A program made the translations under genes and the position numbers. Of a DNA stretch of 64,000 bases, positions 9,659-16,947 are shown piece after piece. The notes under the pieces are model-generated. The model was given only the letters and a program-made list of their open reading frames with translations. It ran no database searches and was not told the origin of the DNA. Origin of the DNA: Clostridia bacterium (GTDB lineage: Bacteria; Bacillota; Clostridia; Acetivibrionales; UBA4821); assembly GCA_041687355.1 (NCBI GenBank), contig JAWLCD010000012.1, positions 1,665 through 65,664 of the forward strand, given 5' to 3'. Position 1 is the stretch's first letter, and the number at the start of each line of letters is the position of its first letter.

Positions 9659-11614
9659 CTATAAGTCATTTTTAAGAGTTCTAGCCTCTTCTATCATCTT
9701 GCTAACTTTATCAGAAACTATTGCTGATATTTCTTCGTTTTCGGTTGATGTATGTGAAATAATCTCGTTAATTTCTTCTGTCATTAAGCTTACGCTCTCA
9801 GTCTCCTTGTTAACTGCTTCAACTTCTTTTCCTATTTCGATTAAAAAGTTTTTTATTTTAGCAGTTCCATCTTCTGATTGTTCTGCTAATTTGCGGACTT
9901 CTTCAGCCACTACTGCAAACCCTTTTCCTGCCTCTCCAGCTTGCGCTGCTTCTATTGCAGCATTTAACGCTAGTAGGTTAGTTTGGCTTGCAATTTGTCT
10001 TATTTCTCCAATAATATTCTGAGATTGTTTTGAATTATCGTATATATTAGTAATTAATTTTCTTAAGTTTAGAATCTTTGAAGTCAAATGATTTATTCTT
10101 TCTGCTGCATTTATAAGTCCCTCGGTTAAATTAGTATTTGCACTACCTAACTCTCTCATACTATCTTCTATTGATTCACTAATACTTATGTTCTTTTCAT
10201 GACTTTTAGTTAGTGTATAATGGTTCTCCTCTAATTCCTTAAGGGTCATAGCAACCTGCTCGTTCTGAGTTGCAATTTCTTTCTTACTTGCTTCAACTTC
10301 CGATATCAAGAAATTATGACAGTTTCTCGGGCTATTGAGACCATTAAAAATTGCTATTGCCATTTTGCGGCACTCACCGTAACCGCAGCTTTGACAATTT
10401 CTATTCTGTTCTTCTTTAGTAAATTTTTTCATTGATTTAAACACATCTTGCAGTTGATTATCGTTTGGTTCCTTAATCGTATTAAGACTACTTTTATTGC
10501 TGTATATCCTAGAAAAATCAATATTCGATTTATCTAACATTTTATATAATTTTTTAATTTCTTTAGGATTACCTTTGTTATTAGACTTATGCACCATCAT
10601 TTGTTTATTTTTTCTTTCTTCCATCAAGCATTCAATCATGTATTGGGATTGATTACAAGTAGATGCGGCACCTTTGTTACAGCCATGGGGGCAGCTTAAT
10701 ATATCTACAAGTACTCCTCTTTTTCCATTGTTAATATCTTTAGCTAAATCCTTTAGGTACTCCTTGAAAACAATGTCAACTCCTTCAACACGTGTTATAT
10801 CTGACGGTCTGATGTCCGGATTAAACCTTTTTAGTGTTTCTGTTAATCCTCCAGGCTTACTATAAACAACTGCTCTTTCAGCTTCTATACCATCAAAGTT
10901 TTGATCTGGTAAAATGTCTATATTTATGCCATTTTTCTTAAAATACTTTTCAAGTGAATAGAAAGTAACATTGTAAGTAATATGATTATTTGTATTATTA
11001 TCTCTGAACTCTCTTCTTTTTGCAAGACATGGTCCTATGAAAGCTATCTTTCTATTTTTATGCTTAGGAATAGAATGAACCCAAATTGCTGTATCCATAG
11101 CAGGAGAATTTGTTGGTGCCAAATGAGGTATTAACTCCGGCATATATGTTTCAATAAAAGTTACTACAGCAGGACATGGCTGAGCTATAATAGGAAGTCT
11201 AGCATTATTTTTGTACGCTTTTAGATATTCATAGGTTGTAATCTCCGCACCAAGACTTACATCAAAAACTGCGCGTACCCCCATCTTTCTTAACGCACTA
11301 ATCATTTTAGGCAGTTTATTAGGAAAGCTTACGGCTGCTCCCGGTGCAATAATTGCAATAATTTCATCATTATTCTTTAAGTCTAATACAAATTGTTGCA
11401 AGTCATCCAGACGTTTACGTGCATTATGTCCAGCTTCTTCACAAGCTAACACACAAGCTCCACAACCAATACACATATTATGGTTTATTTTTATTACCTC
11501 TCCTGATCCATCATTACAATACTTAACAGGACATACTGAAATACATTTCTGGCAGTTGACACATTTATCTTCTTGGATTTCTACAACTGGTACTAAACTA
11601 TTTAAATCTTTCAT
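9659..11614 (-). CDS. Sensory [FeFe]-hydrogenase-like (HydS-type) domain fused to a methyl-accepting chemotaxis signalling domain
   Basis: Two ferredoxin motifs are present ([23 protein letters not shown]). H-cluster-type motifs are [14 protein letters not shown] and SCPHGCNKG. An extra Cx2Cx4Cx16C motif follows ([26 protein letters not shown]). The C-terminus carries the MCP hairpin [37 protein letters not shown]. Confidence 0.85.
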   Translation of the reverse strand: MKDLNSLVPVVEIQEDKCVNCQKCISVCPVKYCNDGSGEVIKINHNMCIGCGACVLACEEAGHNARKRLDDLQQFVLDLKNNDEIIAIIAPGAAVSFPNKLPKMISALRKMGVRAVFDVSLGAEITTYEYLKAYKNNARLPIIAQPCPAVVTFIETYMPELIPHLAPTNSPAMDTAIWVHSIPKHKNRKIAFIGPCLAKRREFRDNNTNNHITYNVTFYSLEKYFKKNGINIDILPDQNFDGIEAERAVVYSKPGGLTETLKRFNPDIRPSDITRVEGVDIVFKEYLKDLAKDINNGKRGVLVDILSCPHGCNKGAASTCNQSQYMIECLMEERKNKQMMVHKSNNKGNPKEIKKLYKMLDKSNIDFSRIYSNKSSLNTIKEPNDNQLQDVFKSMKKFTKEEQNRNCQSCGYGECRKMAIAIFNGLNSPRNCHNFLISEVEASKKEIATQNEQVAMTLKELEENHYTLTKSHEKNISISESIEDSMRELGSANTNLTEGLINAAERINHLTSKILNLRKLITNIYDNSKQSQNIIGEIRQIASQTNLLALNAAIEAAQAGEAGKGFAVVAEEVRKLAEQSEDGTAKIKNFLIEIGKEVEAVNKETESVSLMTEEINEIISHTSTENEEISAIVSDKVSKMIEEARTLKNDL

Positions 11615-11917
11615 ATGCCCCCCTTAATTCTTTAATATGTCAATGATTCTATCTAATATCATTTGCCTTCTGATTCAACGAATGGTTGTTATATAGCGGA
11701 ACAGTATTAAGACATATTTTACTATAAAATACGAATATTAGTAGTGTTTGCCTAAAGTTCTCTAACTTTATTGTTTAACTTTCAACAAAAATGTCATATT
11801 TTCTTACGAGTTCTATTATATTGAATATCTTGATTATTGTAAACATTTTTAACAATTTTAGTTTTATTTGTAACATTTAATACTCTATAGAGACTTAATC
11901 AACTAAGATGGTTCAGT

Positions 11918-11944
11918 AAAAGGACTGCACATAGCAGTCCTTTT
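11918..11944. terminator. Hairpin between the small Cys-rich gene and the hydrogenase-MCP promoter region
   Basis: AAAAGGACTGC / GCAGTCCTTTT stem with a 5-nt loop, flanked by A and T runs. Confidence 0.5.
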
Positions 11945-11999
11945 ACTGTTTTAAAAATCTATTATGAACTTTATAGTTTTACCTCTACCCTTTCAGATA

Positions 12000-12224
12000 C
12001 TATTTTAAAATGCTCTTTTTTATGCTCATTATCTCGTCAGGATCCTCCAGCAGTTGTCCCTTATGTAATCTAAACAGGAGCGGAATAACACCGCAGTCTG
12101 CACATTTGCCCCAGCCACACTTACCATCGTTTTCCCTGTATAGCGTTCTGCATAGAGCCAATTCTCTTTCAAATACTTCTTTGTTAGTTATGTCGGGCTG
12201 CAATTCCGTTTTGTTACTGTCCAC
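12000..12224 (-). CDS. Small Cys-rich protein (74 aa), paralog of 16265..16492
   Basis: The conserved core is ELALCR..GKCGWGKCADCGVIPLL..LHKGQLLE. It is roughly three-quarters identical by eye to the second copy. The function was not recognised. Confidence 0.6.
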   Translation of the reverse strand: MDSNKTELQPDITNKEVFERELALCRTLYRENDGKCGWGKCADCGVIPLLFRLHKGQLLEDPDEIMSIKKSILK

Positions 12225-12238
12225 TAAGTTTCCCCCTC

Positions 12239-12317
12239 TAAATGTTCAAGGATTGGCAGGACGTCAATTCCAGGAATTATTGAGCCACGATGGCAAATTA
12301 ACTCCGGTCTGAAATTT
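12239..12317. repeat. Repeat family A, copy 1 (core only, degenerate)
   Basis: Aligns to 16642-16721 and 50703-50782 (..TTGGCAGGACGTCAATTCCAGGAATTATTGAGCCACGATGGCAAATTAACTCCGGTCTGAAATTT). It is truncated just after the core. Confidence 0.8.
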
Positions 12318-13005
12318 AGTACTTCAATCTTCGCACTTCGTGGCGCGCGGGACGGCAGACTGTGTGAAAAAGTCAATAATAGGGCACGTCCGGTTCTGTG
12401 AGAAGCTAGGTGCAGTGATGCACCTAGCTTACTCGACCAATGTCATCTAACAGATTCTTTTATACCACTTGACGATAATGAAATAGATGATATAAATAAG
12501 AATCTGGAGATATTAAGACTTCTTGAAAACAAGCTTGTACGTTGCAATGGAATTATTCGGTATAGGCCATTCTTCTCTACATTGGCTGATGAAAAATATT
12601 TAACCCCTGATAGTTATCTAAACCTAAATTATAATATAGTACTTGATAAGGATGGATACTTAAATCTTACCTAGAGAAAGTACCTTGATCAATTTGGTTC
12701 GAAAGACTGCAGTAGTCAAGAGAGGTTTTTTGCGTGCTCCAGATTAACAGCTCAGAATAAAGAAGCGAGTGGTTTATGGTTTCAGATATTTCTACAGGAT
12801 ATGGTCATCAGCTAAAAAAATTATAAAACTTATACAAAAACAATACTGATGACAATAAAAAAACTATACTAAGAACCTTAATCGCTGGAATCTTAGAGAA
12901 AGAAACTGAGTATATCAATTGTCCAATAATATAGATGAGAACTTAATTAAACTCATTCCTGGCATAAATACGCCTCAAAGTGTATCACTATTCTTTAACT
13001 GAAGT

Positions 13006-13056
13006 TCTTGTGGATACGTTTTCGGACAGCAGTTCAACTCTGCTTGCCTCCACCAA
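13006..13056 (+). repeat. Second copy of the tmRNA 3' end (att-like direct repeat of 9527-9577)
   Basis: TCTTGTGGATACGTTTTCGGACAGCAGTTCAACTCTGCTTGCCTCCACCAA matches the ssrA 3' end. The T-stem changes from GGGG/CCCC to GCAG/CTGC, which is compensatory. Confidence 0.85.
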
Positions 13057-13084
13057 GTAATCATTCAATTGTATTATAATGCAA

Positions 13085-13115
13085 AACCCTTGATTTCAAG
13101 GGCTTTCGTTTTTTT
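13085..13115 (+). terminator. Terminator following the displaced tmRNA 3' fragment
   Basis: CCCTTGA / TCAAGGG stem followed by CTTTCGTTTTTTT. Confidence 0.6.
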
Positions 13116-13236
13116 GCATGTAAGTAATTATTAAATTGCCTTTATAAAATGAAGAGACAAAGTGGCACTACATTCATGCTGTTCGCTCAGTCACGCTTTA
13201 AACCATTCAGCGTGCAATTGGCATAAAAAGATTTGA

Positions 13237-14493
13237 TTATTTAGAAACATATTTAATTAACTGCTGTTCCCAGCCTGTTTTGGAACGCCAATCCGGTGAT
13301 TCATTCTGCTTTTGATATATAAAACTAAGAAGTACTTTAAGCATTGTACTATCAAGGGCATCGTATAGTTCAATGCAATCTTCGTCCCAGAAGCAGTTAT
13401 CTAAAACCTCAATACAGTCGCGAAGGCTGTGCACTTGCTGTTTGAATATTGCAACTTTATCGGATAAGTAACGGCAGCTGCTGATTTCCTCGATAAGCAC
13501 TCGTAGTTCTTCGTCATCCATCATATCATTGTCAATAAACTGGGCGTCTGAAGCCTCAATTAGTTCTGATTGATAAAGAGACAAAAATATGCCGTCCAGT
13601 TTATTTGTCGGCAGGATTGTCTCGATTCTTGGATACAAGTTTACTACTGCTAATTTCAGGTAGTCTTTTTCAGCATCATCCGTTATTTCTAAGGAGTCAA
13701 GGAGTTTTTCAGATGCCTTGCAGAGTGCTTCAACCGCTTCTTTCTTCGACCATGCTCTGAACAGACTCAGCAGCTGGTTTCTATATGATGCCGTGATGTC
13801 AAGCGAAGCAATGTCACCGTTCAGCAGCGCAAGTCCAACAGCATTTGTGACAACCGGTTCGTATATATTTATAAGAAGCTCTTTGTACTCAGGACAATAG
13901 CTTTTTAGCAACATTTTAATTCTTCCAGTATCAAACCGTCTGCAAAGCTCATTTTCAATGACAAGCCGGCTCAAATACTCATTGATGTACTCAATCCCCT
14001 GTAAATCCTCCGGTACAGCATGGCACAATTGGTAATCGATATTACAAGGTATCTCATGGGCTAGGAATCTATAGTCATATTTCCTAAAAAAACTACTTAT
14101 TCCTTTGAGGGTATCATCCAAAGAAATATTCTCAATCGGAGGGGCATTTGTCTTAGCTTTTTTCAGAAGCTCTTTTCCAGTTGCAATGGCTGTTTCAATT
14201 TCTGCCCACCCCGATTTTAATAATAACTCCATATCCACGTTCTTTAGGAGCGATATGCTGTCACTGCTTGATTTGAGGTGCATGTCAATGGAAAAACAGA
14301 TTGATTTCAGCAATTCCTGTGCGGTTTCTATCGGCACAGAACTGCTATCCCCCATAGTAAAGCGCTCGGTTCTTTTTCCAAGCAGAGCCCAAAGCCTGCC
14401 TTGGATGTCGGTCAGTTCTTCTTCTGACAATATTCCATCTTGCAGGCCTCGCTTCGATATGAGCGATAAATATTCTCCGCTATTTGTATTCAT
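13237..14493 (-). CDS. Conserved hypothetical helical protein (418 aa)
   Basis: Long intact ORF, last gene of a minus-strand operon. From memory it resembles the Clostridia-specific DUF6179 family, but this is unverified. Confidence 0.6.
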   Translation of the reverse strand: MNTNSGEYLSLISKRGLQDGILSEEELTDIQGRLWALLGKRTERFTMGDSSSVPIETAQELLKSICFSIDMHLKSSSDSISLLKNVDMELLLKSGWAEIETAIATGKELLKKAKTNAPPIENISLDDTLKGISSFFRKYDYRFLAHEIPCNIDYQLCHAVPEDLQGIEYINEYLSRLVIENELCRRFDTGRIKMLLKSYCPEYKELLINIYEPVVTNAVGLALLNGDIASLDITASYRNQLLSLFRAWSKKEAVEALCKASEKLLDSLEITDDAEKDYLKLAVVNLYPRIETILPTNKLDGIFLSLYQSELIEASDAQFIDNDMMDDEELRVLIEEISSCRYLSDKVAIFKQQVHSLRDCIEVLDNCFWDEDCIELYDALDSTMLKVLLSFIYQKQNESPDWRSKTGWEQQLIKYVSK

Positions 14494-14502
14494 ATTAACC
14501 CC

Positions 14503-14973
14503 CTAAAAAGGCTTACCATATCTATCGGTATCATCAGTCTCACAGCCATATCGCGTATTGCGGCATAGTTCTTCAAGTGTCATGTCGCTTAAGTATTCCA
14601 ATGACCCTTGACATACTCCATCGAAGTGATGTTTCATAAAACTAATTAATTCTTCATCCGATATCCGGTCATTGGATTCGTTCTTAAAGTAGTAAAAAGA
14701 ATCCTGAAGCTCCAGTATGGTGTCCTCGTAAGTATCCTGTGTTATATATGGAGAATCACAGAATTCTGTAATAAGCACCTTCAAAATGCCCTTCCCAAAC
14801 TCAATGCGGCCAGTATCTTTTAGGGCCTGAAACCGCTTTTCTACAAGGCTTTGTATCTGCTCCTCAGTAAGATATATGCCAAATTTTACTGTCAGTTCAT
14901 TGCACTCACGAAGCTCTTCAGCTGTCTGTAACTTTTGCATATTCACAACAGTCATATCAATTTTCTTGTCCAT
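14503..14973 (-). CDS. Conserved hypothetical protein (156 aa)
   Basis: The start was chosen at the ATG at 14973, which follows AGGGGTG. The motif FCDSPYITQDTYEDTILELQDSFYYFKNES...FDGVCQGSLEYL resembles the DUF6323 family as I recall it, but this is unverified. Confidence 0.6.
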   Translation of the reverse strand: MDKKIDMTVVNMQKLQTAEELRECNELTVKFGIYLTEEQIQSLVEKRFQALKDTGRIEFGKGILKVLITEFCDSPYITQDTYEDTILELQDSFYYFKNESNDRISDEELISFMKHHFDGVCQGSLEYLSDMTLEELCRNTRYGCETDDTDRYGKPF

Positions 14974-15142
14974 GTATATCACCCCTAATCTATAGGATAC
15001 CCATGACATATGTCTATTACAAGACTTGATTTTTAAGCCATTTTGTGGTAATATAAACATGTAAAGAATGAAAGAAATATCAAGTTTTTTTATGCTATAT
15101 CTATTTCCTTTCTTTACTTGCCTTTTCTGTCGCATTAATTAT

Positions 15143-15868
15143 TTAATCATCGCTTGCAGCTAAAAATACTGCCGAAGCATCATCACTCTTCTTTAGCCTT
15201 GGATATATAACGCATTGAGAATCTAAATTTTCTTCGTCTCTAAGAATTTTATACAGATATTCTAATCCCTTACCTTCAGCAACCGTTACCAAGTCATTAT
15301 ATCTGATAAGATTAAATGTATCATAAATTGAATAGAAGCCATCAGACATGAGTAATAACTTTATTGTACTTACTTCTTCTATTTCTCTATAAACAGCATT
15401 ATCAACAGCATTTTTATCAAACTCAAGTGCCCAGTATACTTCAGGAGTATTTCTTAAAAGCCTATTTCTTATTAACCGGTCTTTTACAATCTCTCTAGCT
15501 TCTGAAAAAGTTTTGACTTTAGACATTAACTTACTGATTAACTTTATAACTTCACCATCAAGTTTCTTCAATTTGTCATCCTGAATAATCTGTGACGAAT
15601 CGTCTTTTTTGTATAAAATAGCACAATCCCCCAGTACAAGGTACTCTATTTTATCTTTCCTAAAACGAACAACTGCAATGTAACCGGATGGTATATCAAG
15701 CTTATCAACTTGGACAGCACACGTTTCACAATAGAATTGTTCTTTTATTATATCAATACCGTTAGAAATTATGGTTTTAAGGTCAACATCCATATTTGAA
15801 ATATTTTTTAGTAGATAACTATGCCATTGTTCAACATACCATTTTGCATCACTTTCACTCCGTATCAA
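15143..15868 (-). CDS. PP2C-like phosphatase-fold protein, apparently missing its N-terminus
   Basis: GDCAILY, LLLMSDGFY and DDASAV resemble PP2C motifs. The only start is a TTG. The in-frame upstream codons read ..ILCDGATGQNNRI (a PP2C DGxxG-like motif) but are closed by a TGA 20 codons upstream of the TTG. Confidence 0.5.
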   Translation of the reverse strand: MIRSESDAKWYVEQWHSYLLKNISNMDVDLKTIISNGIDIIKEQFYCETCAVQVDKLDIPSGYIAVVRFRKDKIEYLVLGDCAILYKKDDSSQIIQDDKLKKLDGEVIKLISKLMSKVKTFSEAREIVKDRLIRNRLLRNTPEVYWALEFDKNAVDNAVYREIEEVSTIKLLLMSDGFYSIYDTFNLIRYNDLVTVAEGKGLEYLYKILRDEENLDSQCVIYPRLKKSDDASAVFLAASDD

Positions 15869-15926
15869 TATTCTATTATTTTGCCCGGTTGCACCATCAC
15901 ATAATATTTTTCTCCTAACCTTCTTG

Positions 15927-16229
15927 CTATTTCTTCATTATGCAGGCTGCAAAGTCCTTTATTCTCTGCATCTGTGGACCTTTCTCCTGCAATTTTAAAT
16001 CACTTTGGGCATCATAATCTGCTTCTGCAATTTTAATAAACATTTCAAAATCGCTTAATAATATCCTTGTAATTTCATCTCTGATTATTTCTCTATTATG
16101 TTGATTGATTTCAAGGAATACAGAGTCTTTCTTGATTTCACTTAAAATATCGGCGTTTAGCTCCTGTCCATGCTCCCCAGCTTCTCTCATAATACTCAAC
16201 ATTCTGATTGGATTTTCTCTAAAAGACAC
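15927..16229 (-). CDS. 100-aa protein resembling a fragment of a CCA-adding enzyme / poly(A) polymerase family protein
   Basis: FRENPIRMLSIMREAG...REIIRDEITRILLSD resembles the (F.EDPLRMLRA.RFA ... ERI..E..KIL) segment. A GTG start follows GGGGAGGAG. Confidence 0.4.
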   Translation of the reverse strand: MSFRENPIRMLSIMREAGEHGQELNADILSEIKKDSVFLEINQHNREIIRDEITRILLSDFEMFIKIAEADYDAQSDLKLQEKGPQMQRIKDFAACIMKK

Positions 16230-16264
16230 GACACTACTCCTCCCCTATTTGTCTATAAATGCTG

Positions 16265-16492
16265 CTATCTTAAAACGCCCTCTTTTACATTCCTTATCTC
16301 CTGAGGTTCCTCTAGCAGCTGTCCCTTATGTAATTTATACAGGAGTGGAATAACGCCGCAGTCTGCGCATTTGCCCCATCCACATTTACCGCCGTTTTCC
16401 CCGTACAGCATTCTGCAAAGGGCCAGCTCCCTTTCAAATACTTCCTTGTTAATTATGCCCGACTGTAACTCCGTTTTGTTACTATCCATCAA
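16265..16492 (-). CDS. Small Cys-rich protein (75 aa), paralog of 12000..12224
   Basis: It shares the CGWGKCADCGVIPLL core, and the flanking DNA is also duplicated. Confidence 0.6.
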   Translation of the reverse strand: MMDSNKTELQSGIINKEVFERELALCRMLYGENGGKCGWGKCADCGVIPLLYKLHKGQLLEEPQEIRNVKEGVLR

Positions 16493-16563
16493 GCTTCCCC
16501 CTTTAAATATTTCTGAAAATATTATAATTAAGATTTATGACTTAATGCAAGAATTTACTTGTG

Positions 16564-16859
16564 CAATAATTGTAAGGAAAATAAATTAACCAGTGAATAA
16601 GTTTATGGAGGAATCATAGATAAACTATGCGAAGTTATGCTAAATTTCAGGAAGAATTGACAGGACGTCAATTCTAGGAATTACTGAGCCACGACGGCAA
16701 ATTAATTCCGGTCTGAAATTTTGTATAACAAGCATCTAGTTTATCTTGATTTCGTAATCCTTATGAGCGGTTAATTTGTTTTCCTGTAAGGTAGGGGGAC
16801 GCGACCATTTGCTCCGCTCAAGGAACTTCCCCCTCTGCACAAGTCAAAGTAAGAAATTA
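16564..16859. repeat. Repeat family A, copy 2 (full length; core 16642-16721)
   Basis: About 95% identical by eye to 50577-50909 apart from one indel block. The core folds as P1 AAATTTCAG/CTGAAATTT, P2 AGAATTGAC/GTCAATTCT and P3 GGAATTA/TAATTCC. Confidence 0.9.
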
Positions 16860-16885
16860 AGTTCATATAGTGCAAAAATTACAGG

Positions 16886-16914
16886 TTGACTTCATCCAGA
16901 TGAATGCATAACAT
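16886..16914 (+). promoter_or_regulatory. Candidate sigma-A promoter of the SLH glycosidase-like gene
   Basis: TTGACT, 17-nt spacer, TAACAT, about 35 nt upstream of the ATG at 16948. Confidence 0.4.
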
Positions 16915-16947
16915 TACTATAAATAATAAACTATGTTGGGGGTCAAA

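Noticed and set aside
12431-12800. Remnant ORF fragments called as a GH15/glucoamylase-type pseudogene (..NGIIRYRPFFSTLADEKY..)
   Set aside because: The similarity is only a vague recollection of a motif. The region is reported only as degenerate sequence within the island finding.
16722-16859. Distal half of repeat A as a second ydaO/c-di-AMP riboswitch (GCGGUUAAU, GGUAGGGGGACGCG)
   Set aside because: It lacks the GGUGAAUC and ACCCGUC..CUAACC blocks that are clearly present in the genuine element at 30655-30775.
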